From assembly GCA_965223295.1 (NCBI GenBank), contig CBDCWC010000003.1, positions 256,001 through 320,000 on the forward strand: DNA of 64,000 bases, read 5' to 3'. Below the pieces are notes generated by a model, which was not told where the DNA came from, did not search any database, and saw nothing but the letters and a program-made list of their open reading frames with translations. Positions 47,505 to 57,901 of the stretch are shown piece by piece (position 1 is the first letter of the stretch; each line of letters starts with the position of its first letter). A program made the position numbers and the translations under genes. The DNA comes from Nitrospirales bacterium. GTDB taxonomy: Bacteria > Nitrospirota > Nitrospiria > Nitrospirales > UBA8639.

Positions 47505-48738
47505 ACCACGTTTTTGGATAAGACCACCACCAATCATCACGCATAGGCTTTCCCCATTGAAAAAACTTCATACGGAAAGTGGCATTTCCCTTAACAAACT
47601 CTGGAAGTGGTCAGCTGTCATATTTTTGCTCCTCAGCCTTTTCAATTTATGGCCAGTCGCAATAGTCGAAGCCCATAACAACAGCTTTGAACACCCAAGA
47701 CAGCTTCTTCAGGTACACCGGCAGAACATTCTGCATCTATCTTCTGATGAGGAAGCCTTGAAATTCCATAAACAATTCATGCCCCCTCAACTAAAACTTC
47801 AGCAATCTGTTCCTACGCACCAATCATCCAGAGACAAGCTACTTCCACATCATATCCCACAAGGCATTCAAACAGCTATCACAACATTTTGGGCCGCACT
47901 TGCCGGGATAGGTTATACCCAGGAATTTCGGACAACACTACTATCTTTTTCATACACAGAACTTCCTGTCATGCCAGATGAATCCCAACTGCAGTGGTTC
48001 ATTTCAAAGCCTGGACTAGAAAAATTTCAAGATCTGATGAATTTTCAAAAGACCTTGTCGAGTTGGGCTAACCGAAAGCCATTAACTATTCCTCTAGGAG
48101 ACAATAATTTTTTAAAATTTTCTAGCTTCCTTGATCGAGCTACTTCAACTGATCATAACCAAACTTGGATAACCCTCTTCAAGAACGAAGGGTTCAAAGG
48201 GATTCAAAATCGACTACAAGAATATTGGAAAGACATTGATCCTCAATCTGAGCCACAGCTTGTTTCGGAGGCTTTTCAAGAATCCTATTTTCAGCATTAT
48301 ATAGAAACCAGGTTGCTTGCCATGTTTCACGCACACGTTCTGGCTCAGACAATAGCAGTCGAAACTCATACCTACGACGTCGCCTGGAAATCATGGGAGC
48401 ACATCCAACAATGGCAGCAACAAGAACAGTCTAAGCAAACTCTAGGGCGATTGTGCGGCACATGGAAATGGATTATTCACAATCATCAAAACCATGGGGA
48501 CTATAAGACTACCATGACATTCACTTCACCAGAGGAATCTTCTCCGCCACAGGTTCAACCTTCCGTTGTTCACATTCATGGAGATACGGTCTACCTCAAA
48601 TGGACCTTTCCACAAGGCTTTCAAGAGGATAGTCTACTATTCAGCAACCGAGACGCACGACTAGAAGGAACATTTACCAGTTCCCAAGGACCGTACGGTA
48701 GCATCTCTGCTCAACGACTTTCGTCTTGTAATCAATAA
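47452..48738 (+). CDS. Hypothetical exported protein (true start probably later)
   Basis: Long ORF with a hydrophobic signal-like segment; no recognised domain. Confidence 0.65.
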   Translation: MPYRSQWILSAVFSKNPEPRFWIRPPPIITHRLSPLKKLHTESGISLNKLWKWSAVIFLLLSLFNLWPVAIVEAHNNSFEHPRQLLQVHRQNILHLSSDEEALKFHKQFMPPQLKLQQSVPTHQSSRDKLLPHHIPQGIQTAITTFWAALAGIGYTQEFRTTLLSFSYTELPVMPDESQLQWFISKPGLEKFQDLMNFQKTLSSWANRKPLTIPLGDNNFLKFSSFLDRATSTDHNQTWITLFKNEGFKGIQNRLQEYWKDIDPQSEPQLVSEAFQESYFQHYIETRLLAMFHAHVLAQTIAVETHTYDVAWKSWEHIQQWQQQEQSKQTLGRLCGTWKWIIHNHQNHGDYKTTMTFTSPEESSPPQVQPSVVHIHGDTVYLKWTFPQGFQEDSLLFSNRDARLEGTFTSSQGPYGSISAQRLSSCNQ

Positions 48739-48805
48739 CTCCAAGGAAGAACCCTGAGAGAGGCCACCAGGAATGAAAAGAGTTCTGGCGAAAGGATCAG
48801 GAGGG

Positions 48806-48984
48806 GAGTGTTGAATCATGAAGATAGCAAAGGCCATGTTTCGCCAGGAAGCCCTTGGCGATCAACATGTTCAAAAAAGTCCGTCCACCAAGGCACAGCC
48901 CTTTTTTACGCGCGGAGCGTCCTGGCACTACGTGAGCATGGGAAAATGGCGAGAACGCCGCTGGAGGCTTTTTCCAACAGACCC
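48806..48984. repeat. Palindromic ~120-bp repeat, copy A (core 48868-48984) with shared ~55-bp 5' extension
   Basis: TGTTCAAAAAAGTCCGTCC...GGAGCGTCCTGGCACTACGTGAGCA...ATGGCGAGAACGCCGCTGG...CAACAGACCC, homologous to the 51764 and 57969 copies. Confidence 0.9.
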
Positions 48985-49035
48985 AGGAGAGAAATTCTGA
49001 AGAAAGGATGAATCAATAGAGAAAAGAGTAAATAA

Positions 49036-49219
49036 AGGGCACCCCTAAAAACCAGGATTTTTGTGTGAGGGCAAGGAAGTCACGCCCGGAAAACCGCAGT
49101 GTATGGGCAAATACATGAAGGCGCACGGTGCGAAGAGTACCACGTTTGTGCGCGCCGAAGGCTGTGAGCACGTGGCTGACGCCGCTATCGGGAAAAAGGA
49201 CGGTTTTTAGAGGTGTCCT
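49036..49219. repeat. Second palindromic/MITE-like element (184 bp)
   Basis: IRs AGGGCACCCCTAAAAACC / GGTTTTTAGAGGTGTCCT (16/18 match); internal CAAGG...CCGCAGTGTA...TACATGA...GACGCCGCT. Confidence 0.75.
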
Positions 49220-49227
49220 AGAAGGAT

Positions 49228-50070
49228 TCAAGGAAAATCATGATCTGACGATAACACCACATCGCTAGACACTGTTACTTTCTCTAATTCTTCTGTGACT
49301 TCAATCATCCGTTCATCTTGGCTATTCAAAGAAGGAATAGTCTGACGTTCAATATACTTGATAAGACCGACGCCACGTGCAAACCAGACGGTCATCGTAT
49401 CGCTTCCCTGAATCGTTTTTCCACTTTCGGATAAATGCACCTGCATGGTCATTTTGGCTTCTAAACGAAGCGCCTCTGGGTATGTTTCAACAGGAACGCG
49501 TAAGGTCTCCTGTCCTAGCACAGAAGAAACCGCCACGATATCCACTGTTTCAGATTCACCGTCTCGATCAATATCCATACCAAGTTCTAGCCCCCGACGG
49601 TTAAACTGTTCAAACGAACTAGGAACTTCCAAGGGAAATCTGACGATTTGATAAGGGACCAACTGTCGCTCTAAAGTTGTGCCAGGCTTAGATCCATAAT
49701 AGCGGATACCCGCCGCATCACGACGATAGTAACTATCTGATGGTCCTTGATTGCCAGGATTCGTATCATTGAAGACGGTGACTTTAAGACCATCAATGGT
49801 CTTTTCCCCAATCACTTTTGAGACATTCGTAAACTGCGTATTTTTCTCGGCAATCTGGACCATACCACCCTCAATTATGGTGCCACGATACACCCATTCA
49901 TTTCCCACTTGATCAGGAAAATATTCGTGAACGTCGTCAACCTGAAAAGGAGATGAACCAGCAGCATGCGCCTGAACAGACAAGGTCAAGCACAAGAATC
50001 CCAGAAGATACATTCGATACATATGTTGTTGAAAACGCAGAGATAGGAAGGAACACATCATAAGCAACAA
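49228..50070 (-). CDS. Hypothetical secreted protein
   Basis: Signal peptide (AHA), YFP...GNEWVY, VPVETY, WFARGVGLIK. Start probably at a later Met. Confidence 0.75.
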   Translation of the reverse strand: MLLMMCSFLSLRFQQHMYRMYLLGFLCLTLSVQAHAAGSSPFQVDDVHEYFPDQVGNEWVYRGTIIEGGMVQIAEKNTQFTNVSKVIGEKTIDGLKVTVFNDTNPGNQGPSDSYYRRDAAGIRYYGSKPGTTLERQLVPYQIVRFPLEVPSSFEQFNRRGLELGMDIDRDGESETVDIVAVSSVLGQETLRVPVETYPEALRLEAKMTMQVHLSESGKTIQGSDTMTVWFARGVGLIKYIERQTIPSLNSQDERMIEVTEELEKVTVSSDVVLSSDHDFP

Positions 50071-50179
50071 TGTATTATAAACTTATCACAGCATATTCAT
50101 TTCCAGCAAGAAAATATATGACCGAAAACTTACCTTAAGCCTTGTTGCAACAATTCACCATGACAGAAAATCGTCAACG

Positions 50180-50935
50180 ATGAACAACTTATCTGAGGCG
50201 AAGACCAAAAGCTCTGTACCCTTATCAATAACCGTGTTTGGAGGGTCTGGAGTTATCGGTCGTGCAATTGCAACAGAATTTGGACGACGGAACTGGTCGG
50301 TAGGAGTGCACTATCATTACAACCAGGCCACGGCATGGAAAACGGCTGTTGACATTCAAAATTCTAAAGGACATGCCCGTCTTTACCAAGCTGATGTGAA
50401 TGATCCACTGCAAATCCGAACATTCTTTCAATCCTTTTTACATGATTGTGGGGGGCTCAAAATTCTAGTATGGGCTGTTGGAGTTGCACCCTCAAAACTC
50501 CTTCTCAAAACTAGTCCTGAAGATTGGGCGCTATGTCTACACACCAATCTTACTGGAGCCTTTCATGTCCTAAGAGAGGCGGGGCCGATTTTTAAACAAC
50601 AACAAGAAGGTGCAGTGATTTTAGTCGGATCTCTTTCCGGAGAACAAGGCATGGCAGGGCAGGCTGCCTACGCCGCATCAAAAGCCGGATTAATCGGATT
50701 AATGCGTACAACTGCAAAAGAATGGGCTCCCTGGAATATTCGGGTAAATGCCATTTTCCCAGGTTGGCATTCATCACGCTTATCAGCATCAGGAAAAGAC
50801 GTATCCTTTACCCAGCAGACGCATATTCTTCAACGAAGATCTTCACTGAATTCCGTCGCAGAAAGTGTTTATCATTTAGCATTGGCCCAAGGCGTTTCTG
50901 GCCAGATATGGAATCTCGATAGTCGCATCTGGTAG
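50180..50935 (+). CDS. Short-chain dehydrogenase/reductase (FabG-like)
   Basis: GGSGVIG, NLTG, YAASK, VNAIFPG. Confidence 0.88.
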   Translation: MNNLSEAKTKSSVPLSITVFGGSGVIGRAIATEFGRRNWSVGVHYHYNQATAWKTAVDIQNSKGHARLYQADVNDPLQIRTFFQSFLHDCGGLKILVWAVGVAPSKLLLKTSPEDWALCLHTNLTGAFHVLREAGPIFKQQQEGAVILVGSLSGEQGMAGQAAYAASKAGLIGLMRTTAKEWAPWNIRVNAIFPGWHSSRLSASGKDVSFTQQTHILQRRSSLNSVAESVYHLALAQGVSGQIWNLDSRIW

Positions 50936-50978
50936 TTCTTTATATTCGGTGTACATTGCCAGATTGTACCTTCTGAAA

Positions 50979-51734
50979 ATGATTCATCAATCAATATTTA
51001 TCACTGGAACCGATACCCATGTCGGCAAAACAACGATTACGGCCGCATTGCTACTCACAATGCAACGACGAAACCAATCAGTGGGTATACTCAAACCTTT
51101 TGAGACTGGTGTTGATATTGATGAATGCCAACATTCCGACACAGAACGTTTGCGGCGCCTGGTTGACCCAATTCCTTCTTTCGAATCAGTTTGTTTGTAC
51201 CCTTTTCCTCAACCACTGGCTCCGCTATCCGCTGCATATGAAACAGGAACAACCATCGATTTCTCGCGGATTCATTTGCATATTCAAGAACTGGCCACAC
51301 GGCATTCTTTTCTGCTGATAGAAGGTGCAGGAGGCATCTTCACACCTATTACACCCAAACAAACGATACGAGACTTGATCACATTCCTGAATGTTTCTTG
51401 TTTGATTGTAGGACGAACGGACCTTGGTGGGTTCAATCACTGCCGCCTCACGGTGGAAGCTCTGCAACAAGCCAATATTCCTCTGTGCGGCATTGCGCTG
51501 AATACGACCAATTCCTCAAACACGGCGATAACGATTCGCCAGCAACAGTCCACAATCGAGTTGATAAAAGAATGGGCCCCTGTCCCGGTATTTGGGCCAA
51601 TAGACTTTGTTCAGAAGGTTCACACTCACTGGAAGGAAGGCGTCAATCAGTTGGCCGAACACACAGAAATTCAACGGCTAGCCATACACCTTAAGAGACT
51701 GTTGAACAATGATGATATCAACAGCCACATCTAG
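50979..51734 (+). CDS. bioD: Dethiobiotin synthase
   Basis: FITGTDTHVGKT, KPFETG, IEGAGG, LGGFNH. Confidence 0.93.
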   Translation: MIHQSIFITGTDTHVGKTTITAALLLTMQRRNQSVGILKPFETGVDIDECQHSDTERLRRLVDPIPSFESVCLYPFPQPLAPLSAAYETGTTIDFSRIHLHIQELATRHSFLLIEGAGGIFTPITPKQTIRDLITFLNVSCLIVGRTDLGGFNHCRLTVEALQQANIPLCGIALNTTNSSNTAITIRQQQSTIELIKEWAPVPVFGPIDFVQKVHTHWKEGVNQLAEHTEIQRLAIHLKRLLNNDDINSHI

Positions 51735-51763
51735 TCTTTGAGACTGAACATGTCAGAGGCCTC

Positions 51764-51886
51764 GGGTCTGTTCAAAAAAGTCCGTTCAGCAAGACCACAG
51801 CCATTTTTGCGCGCGGAGCGTACTGGTACTACGTGAGCACGGGAAAATGGCGAGAACGCCGCTGACGGCTTTTTTCAACAGATCCC
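51764..51886. repeat. Palindromic ~120-bp repeat, copy B
   Basis: GGGTCTGTTCAAAAAAGTCCGTTCAGC ... GCTGACGGCTTTTTTCAACAGATCCC terminal IRs. Confidence 0.92.
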
Positions 51887-52540
51887 TTAATGAAAAGGAG
51901 CCATGAATTGAGCAAACGCGGTTCGACGATCCTTGGCATCTAAAATGCCGGAAGCCACGGCAATCCCATTTGCTCCAGCCTGACACAATTCCGGAACAGA
52001 GTCCGTCGTAATGCCACCAATAGCAAAAACTGGAAGCGGCGTGAGTCGACGGATATATTGCATTCCCTCAATTCCCACGACCGGATCATGATTCGCTTTC
52101 GTCCCAGTAGAAAAAATAGGACCGAAACCCAAATAATCAGCCCCATCCTGAGTAGCCTGTTGCACCTGCTGCGAATCATGGGTGGAGACTCCAATAAACG
52201 TCTCTTTCCTCAGCAAATTTCTTGCTAGACCAATAGGCAGGTCAGTTTGGCCAAGATGCACACCATCTGCTTGCACCGCCATAGCCAAATCGCATCGGTC
52301 ATTCACCACAAAGGCCATGTTCCATTCTTTCGCCATGAGGCGAAGAGTCTTTGCTTGATCATATGCATGCTTCATAGACGTTGTTTTATTCCGATATTGC
52401 ACGATTCGCACACCTGCCCGACCAGCTTCCTGCAACACTTCTGGCAGCGAACAGCGGGGGGACCACTGCTCGTCCAGAATAAGATAAAGGCCATTAAGGT
52501 GGGAGAGAAGATTGTTGCCGGATGTGCCATGGGACGTCAT
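51887..52540 (-). CDS. thiE: Thiamine-phosphate synthase
   Basis: VQYRNK, VNDR.D, GVHLGQTD, GVSTH, GPIF.T.TK, AIGGI. Confidence 0.95.
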   Translation of the reverse strand: MTSHGTSGNNLLSHLNGLYLILDEQWSPRCSLPEVLQEAGRAGVRIVQYRNKTTSMKHAYDQAKTLRLMAKEWNMAFVVNDRCDLAMAVQADGVHLGQTDLPIGLARNLLRKETFIGVSTHDSQQVQQATQDGADYLGFGPIFSTGTKANHDPVVGIEGMQYIRRLTPLPVFAIGGITTDSVPELCQAGANGIAVASGILDAKDRRTAFAQFMAPFH

Positions 52541-53886
52541 ACAGACTGTAGCGTTAAGAACCGGTCGAGAAAGCGAGTGGAGACAGGTCCCTTTTGAAAG
52601 TCCGGATGCTCAAGAATTTTTTGGTGAAGCGCAATATTACTCTGTATCCCTTCAATCACAAACTCATCGAGCGCTCGCCCCATTCTAGCCAACGCCTCAG
52701 CCCGATCCCGGCCATATCCAATCAGCTTCGCAATCATCGAATCATAAAAAGGGGACACGACACCTGTGGTATCCATGGCCGTATCCACGCGAATCCCCGG
52801 CCCTCCTGGCACACAAAACTTTTTCACGACTCCCGGACATGGCGTTAAATGAACAGGATCTTCAGCATTAATACGACATTCAATGGCGTGCCCATGTAAC
52901 TGAATATCTTTTTGTCGATACGACAATGCCTCCCCGGCAGCAACACGAATCTGCTCTTTGATCAGATCCACTCCGGTTACCATCTCCGTCACGCCATGTT
53001 CAACCTGAATACGCGTATTCACTTCCATGAAATAAAATTTACCGGCGGCATCCATGAGGAACTCAACGGTTCCCGCATTACGATATTTGACAGACTTCAT
53101 AACTGTGACCGCCACCTGACCCATTTTTTTTCTCGTCGTCTCATCTAAGGCAGGAGACGGTGATTCTTCTATCACCTTTTGATATCGCCGCTGCACCGAA
53201 CAGTCACGCTCATGAAAATGCACGACTTGACCTTGGTGGTCTGCCATCACCTGCAGTTCAATATGCCGGGGTTCCTCAAAAAATTTCTCGAGGTAGACCC
53301 CTCCATAGCCAAAGGCCGTATGAGCTTCCAATTGTGCCGATTCAACCGCCTGGATTAAGTCCTTTTCATGCCATACCACCCGCATACCACGGCCGCCACC
53401 GCCAGCAGAGGCTTTAACAATAACGGGAAAGCCAAGCTTCTTGGCCACAGACAAACAGACTTTCGGATCTTCAATTTCTCCCTCACTTCCCGGCAAAACA
53501 GGAATCCCATGCTTTTTCATGTGTGCCCGCGCTTGTGATTTATCACTTAACAAGGCTATATGTTCGGACGATGGGCCAATAAATGTCACCCCGATCGATT
53601 CGCAAACTTCAGCAAAATGAGCATTTTCTGCCAAAAACCCATAGCCTGGATGAATAGCATCGACGCCTGCTATTTCTGCTGCGCTCAAGACATTGGGAAT
53701 ATTTCGATAACTGAGACCACCCTCCGCTGGCCCGACACAAACATGCTCATCGGCATGCCGCACATGCAGGGACTGCCCATCGACTTCAGAATGAATGGCG
53801 ACTGTGCGGATTCCTAACTCTCGACAGGCACGAATGATTCGTAGAGCAATCTCTCCTCGATTCGCAATCAGAATTTTCTTAAACAC
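52537..53886 (-). CDS. accC: Acetyl-CoA carboxylase biotin carboxylase subunit
   Basis: KILIANRGEIA, HPGYGFLAEN, GGGGRGM, ERDCSVQRR, EVNTRIQVEH. Confidence 0.96.
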   Translation of the reverse strand: MFKKILIANRGEIALRIIRACRELGIRTVAIHSEVDGQSLHVRHADEHVCVGPAEGGLSYRNIPNVLSAAEIAGVDAIHPGYGFLAENAHFAEVCESIGVTFIGPSSEHIALLSDKSQARAHMKKHGIPVLPGSEGEIEDPKVCLSVAKKLGFPVIVKASAGGGGRGMRVVWHEKDLIQAVESAQLEAHTAFGYGGVYLEKFFEEPRHIELQVMADHQGQVVHFHERDCSVQRRYQKVIEESPSPALDETTRKKMGQVAVTVMKSVKYRNAGTVEFLMDAAGKFYFMEVNTRIQVEHGVTEMVTGVDLIKEQIRVAAGEALSYRQKDIQLHGHAIECRINAEDPVHLTPCPGVVKKFCVPGGPGIRVDTAMDTTGVVSPFYDSMIAKLIGYGRDRAEALARMGRALDEFVIEGIQSNIALHQKILEHPDFQKGPVSTRFLDRFLTLQSV

Positions 53887-53995
53887 GGATCACCCTAAGC
53901 CTTATCCCTCTTGAAAAACATTTTGAACGACATCCTGAATTGAGGAAACCTCACTCCCGCATTCATTCCTGGGAGCATGGTCTTTCTTCTCACTA

Positions 53996-54454
53996 TTACT
54001 GTGGATCAATAAGGAAGAGAGGTTGGCCGAATTCAACAGGTGTTGTGCTTTCGACTAACACTTTCACAACCTTCCCATCAACTTCTGCCTCAATCTCATT
54101 CATGAGCTTCATGGCTTCAACAATACAAAGCACCTGTCCTTTTCGAACCAGTGCTCCTTCCTCAACATACGGATCGGCTTCTGGCGAAGGGGCACGATAA
54201 AAGGTCCCGACAATGGGAGAGGTCACCGTGAAAAATTCCGATGATTCAGCGGGTTGTGAGAGAGCAGGGATAATCGATGGAACCGAGGCCTCTTGAGCCT
54301 GAGGCGCTTCCACTGGGAGACCAGACACGACAGGGGCCGCATCTCTCCGCACACGGATTCGCACACCTTTCTTTTCCAATTCTAACTCGGTGAGATGATA
54401 CCGATTGAGCAACTCAACCAGATCTTCAATTTCTCGTCTCGATGAATCAGGCAT
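53996..54454 (-). CDS. accB: Biotin carboxyl carrier protein
   Basis: SPIVGTFYRAP, EAMKLMNEI. Confidence 0.96.
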   Translation of the reverse strand: MPDSSRREIEDLVELLNRYHLTELELEKKGVRIRVRRDAAPVVSGLPVEAPQAQEASVPSIIPALSQPAESSEFFTVTSPIVGTFYRAPSPEADPYVEEGALVRKGQVLCIVEAMKLMNEIEAEVDGKVVKVLVESTTPVEFGQPLFLIDPQ

Positions 54455-54498
54455 AGCTTTTCAATTCGTTTATGAATGAAACACTCGATTAAGAGAAC

Positions 54499-55059
54499 TT
54501 AGCGAACCCGTTCGACATAGGCACGGGTCCGAGTATCAATTTTGATTATTTCTCCAGATTCAAGATAGAGAGGAACTTTGACGACGGCACCCGTTTCAAG
54601 CGTAGCCGGTTTCGTTCCTCCAGAGGCGGTATCCCCTCGAACACCCGGATCAGTTTCAACAACTTTGAGTTCCATAAAAATTGGCAATTCCACGGAAATC
54701 GGCTCCCCCTGATACAGCAGGACTTGTACCACGGTATTTTCTTTCAACAGATCAACATTGTCACCCAACTGATCTTTGGAGTACGTCACCTGCTCATAGC
54801 TTGTGGTATCCATAAACGAATACTCATCCCCTCCACTATATAGAAATTGCATTTCGCATTCGTCTAAGTTGGGTTCTTCAAATTTCTCTCCTGATCGAAA
54901 CGTACGATCAATGACGCTACCGGTCTTATATCCCTTGAGTTTGGTCCGGACGAAAGCCGGACCTTTTCCCGGTTTGACATGCTGGAATTCCACAATATAA
55001 AAGGGCTGCCCCTCTAGCTCAAGCCGGGCCCCGTTACGAAAGTCTGCAGTTGAAATCAC
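54499..55059 (-). CDS. efp: Elongation factor P
   Basis: HVKPGKGPAFVR, PGVRGDTA, KPATLETG. Confidence 0.97.
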   Translation of the reverse strand: MISTADFRNGARLELEGQPFYIVEFQHVKPGKGPAFVRTKLKGYKTGSVIDRTFRSGEKFEEPNLDECEMQFLYSGGDEYSFMDTTSYEQVTYSKDQLGDNVDLLKENTVVQVLLYQGEPISVELPIFMELKVVETDPGVRGDTASGGTKPATLETGAVVKVPLYLESGEIIKIDTRTRAYVERVR

Positions 55060-55097
55060 ACCAAATACTCCTTACATAAAATGAATGAAGATCAGGC

Positions 55098-55541
55098 TTA
55101 AGCTTTTTCCTGAAGCGTTTGAACCAATGCCCTAAGGCCTAACGAATAACTCAGCGGCCCAAAACCTGAAATTTGCCCCAGCGAGACAGAGGCAAGATAT
55201 GACCGTCGCCGGAAAGATTCACGCTGATGAATATTAGACAAATGGACTTCCACCATCGGGAGCCCAACTCCAAGTACCGCATCCCGAAGCGCAATACTCG
55301 TATGGGTATAGGCCGCCGGATTAAACAATAACCCTTGAAATCTCGCGGCCGCCTCTTGAATCCAAGTCACCAATTCTCCTTCGATATTGGATTGTCGTGC
55401 TTCGACCACAGCACCCAATTCTTGCCCTAATGTTATCAACATGGCATCGATTTCCTCTAAAGTCGTGCTCCCGTACAACTTAGGCTCTCGAAGTCCCAAC
55501 AAATTCAAATTCGGTCCATGTAACACGAGAATACGAAGCAT
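55098..55541 (-). CDS. aroQ: Type II 3-dehydroquinate dehydratase
   Basis: [29 protein letters not shown]. Confidence 0.96.
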   Translation of the reverse strand: MLRILVLHGPNLNLLGLREPKLYGSTTLEEIDAMLITLGQELGAVVEARQSNIEGELVTWIQEAAARFQGLLFNPAAYTHTSIALRDAVLGVGLPMVEVHLSNIHQRESFRRRSYLASVSLGQISGFGPLSYSLGLRALVQTLQEKA

Positions 55542-55692
55542 ACCCAAACCAATCCCAGCGAATCAGAGAAACAAGAAAGAGAAAATTTGTTACATCAACC
55601 TAGGGATTCTATGGAGGTCACGACACGAAAGGATGTAAGGGATTCTACCAGTGCTGTACAAATGGGTCAACGCAATTTCACGTCCGACTCTA

Positions 55693-57228
55693 TTACAAGA
55701 GTGGCTCCATCACACGTTTCATGAGAATACGACGGAGTTCGACCATAGCCCAGGTATCCCGGCGACAATATTCTTCCAAATCCTGGGCAATAGTTGCACG
55801 TTCAATCAGATCCGTTTCTGCAAAGACCATCTTTTGATACATCACCGCAGCAACGGCACCGTTTTGAATTCCAAGATCATCATAGGCCAAATGTGGGACT
55901 AAGGCCGGCAAGACATTTTTGATCGAAAACGATCCTTCGAATGCGGGATGATAGTAATGTTGTTGAATGACAGAAAGCAGATCCCACAAACGCCGCACAG
56001 CTTTTGAAAAGGCTGACTTCAAAGGAGGCAAAAAGTCTCCGAGCCCGAATAGTAAGAATCGCTCGTATTCCGAATAGACACAAATACTCCCAGCTTCTCC
56101 CAGACTCTCTAACAACTTGTAGGCCAATTCCTCTCTTGGGTCCCGCCCATCTACGCACAAATAGTGTTGATGAACGACCGTCCCATCTTCATATTCAATA
56201 TGATTCGACCATTGAAAAGGAATGGGACGATAGGGCCGCGTATGAGGAAACTTGGGGATCGCAGGCATAAACGTCTCAAAGTCTAAGTGATGCACCGGAT
56301 ACCGTACTGACTGCAATCGCGCACGCAAAAGAGGCGAGATCCACTCGACATTGGCTTTCACACGACGTTGAATATCAGACAAGGGAATATGATCAGGAAT
56401 ATCATCGATCGTTTCCACCCCTTCCTGTTTCAACCCTTTTTGCAGCTTCGAGCTGCCTGGTAAATAGAACACCCAGCGCGGGGACTTCTCTTTCGTACAA
56501 TAATCCCAAAAGGGACATTCATAGGGCTGATAACAATGCGCATCAGGGTCAATCATCGGGGGAGCGGGCTTTTCTAAGACCGCCCGCATTTCATCCAACT
56601 GCGGTTGTACAAGAAGTCGGCGAGCCAGAACTTCTTCCGTCATATTATCTAAGGTAAACATCTCGCTCAGATTTAACTCTCCACCTAAAAATACATATTG
56701 TGTATTGAGATGCATCAAGTAGCAGCCATCGATGAGAAGACCGGCGCCTTCCAATACCGCTAACTGAATGGTCAAGTCATCCAAGTGCGTGGCTTTGACT
56801 TTTGAGGTCGCCTTGACTTCAATTAACCGCCACCGTGTGTCATCCAGCCGTTCAAGAACATCAACGCGTACGAGAATGCCCTGCCACACGAACGCTCCTT
56901 CGAAAATGGCCATCACCGAAGGATCGGCGACTAACTCAGCCGTTCGAGCCAGAGCCGCAGGAATTTGACGATGCGTTTCGGCCACTAACACCCCACCAGA
57001 AAAAAAGTCTCTGGCCAAGACACCCACATCCGTTCCCATATCCATAATGGCCCGGCGATCCGGCGTTGGCGGAGTCGCGAGTTCGGGGGAATGAATTTCC
57101 AGATATAACCGTTTATGGCATTGGAGGCCTGACAAAAACCGACTTTTGGAAAGGCGGTGCGTCGAAGTCATCGACTCAGGTGAGACCTGAGTGGAAGAAA
57201 GGTCGGTGGTAGGAATAAGAGAATCCAC
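55693..57228 (-). CDS. DUF2779-type protein: Cas4-like PD-(D/E)xK nuclease + RNase H-like domain
   Basis: LSKS....LQC, VRVDVL...LIEVKAT, HC....ECPFWDYC, HLDFET, FQWS.H, SIKNVLP, YCRRDT. Start uncertain. Confidence 0.8.
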   Translation of the reverse strand: MDSLIPTTDLSSTQVSPESMTSTHRLSKSRFLSGLQCHKRLYLEIHSPELATPPTPDRRAIMDMGTDVGVLARDFFSGGVLVAETHRQIPAALARTAELVADPSVMAIFEGAFVWQGILVRVDVLERLDDTRWRLIEVKATSKVKATHLDDLTIQLAVLEGAGLLIDGCYLMHLNTQYVFLGGELNLSEMFTLDNMTEEVLARRLLVQPQLDEMRAVLEKPAPPMIDPDAHCYQPYECPFWDYCTKEKSPRWVFYLPGSSKLQKGLKQEGVETIDDIPDHIPLSDIQRRVKANVEWISPLLRARLQSVRYPVHHLDFETFMPAIPKFPHTRPYRPIPFQWSNHIEYEDGTVVHQHYLCVDGRDPREELAYKLLESLGEAGSICVYSEYERFLLFGLGDFLPPLKSAFSKAVRRLWDLLSVIQQHYYHPAFEGSFSIKNVLPALVPHLAYDDLGIQNGAVAAVMYQKMVFAETDLIERATIAQDLEEYCRRDTWAMVELRRILMKRVMEPLL

Positions 57229-57361
57229 TATACTCTTGTCGTTTGAAAAAGAAAAGAATATACAATCAACATAAAGCTGTGGCTATCGAGTTCTCTGTTT
57301 CCGAAATGAGATCAGCCAATGAGGTTACTATATGCTCGACAATACTGGTAAAATATAAATC

Positions 57362-57898
57362 ATGTCGAATGGGCTTCATTCTAAAAAGCAGGGATCGGCA
57401 AACCCATCTTCCTCGACCGGTATCAATAAGAAAAACATCAGCCAAATTGCTCAAGCATTAGGCCAATTGCTTGATTCTTCGCTGACTATTCCCGGAACCA
57501 AAATCAAAGTGGGCCTGGATCCGCTTATTGGGCTTATTCCAGGCATAGGTGACCTTATCAGTAATGGCATCGGATCGTCTCTGCTTTTTTTAGCGACAAA
57601 AGCCGGAGTGCCTCGTATTGTCATCTTACGTATGTCAATGAATATTGTGATTAATATGGTTGTCGGAGCGATCCCTATCGTGGGAGATCTCTTTTCTATA
57701 TGGTTTAAAAGTAACCTCCAAAATGCCCAAATCCTGCATAAACATTCCCAAACAACCGCCCCTGTGACCACCGTGATTGATTGGCTCTACGTCAGTGCGA
57801 TCATTCTTGTGATGATTCTCATCCTTAGTCTGGTGTTGAGCTTTATTTTCTGGTTAGGCTCATCTCTTCTCGCCATCCTCAACTCCCCAAATGCATAA
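57362..57898 (+). CDS. DUF4112 membrane protein
   Basis: LD....IPGT...GLDPLIGLIPGIGD, GAIPIVGDLF..WFKSN. Confidence 0.85.
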   Translation: MSNGLHSKKQGSANPSSSTGINKKNISQIAQALGQLLDSSLTIPGTKIKVGLDPLIGLIPGIGDLISNGIGSSLLFLATKAGVPRIVILRMSMNIVINMVVGAIPIVGDLFSIWFKSNLQNAQILHKHSQTTAPVTTVIDWLYVSAIILVMILILSLVLSFIFWLGSSLLAILNSPNA

Positions 57899-57901
57899 AG
57901 A

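Noticed and set aside
48808-49231. Small ORFs over the palindromic elements (also 51786..51986)
   Set aside because: Explained by non-coding repeats; frames are not conserved between copies.
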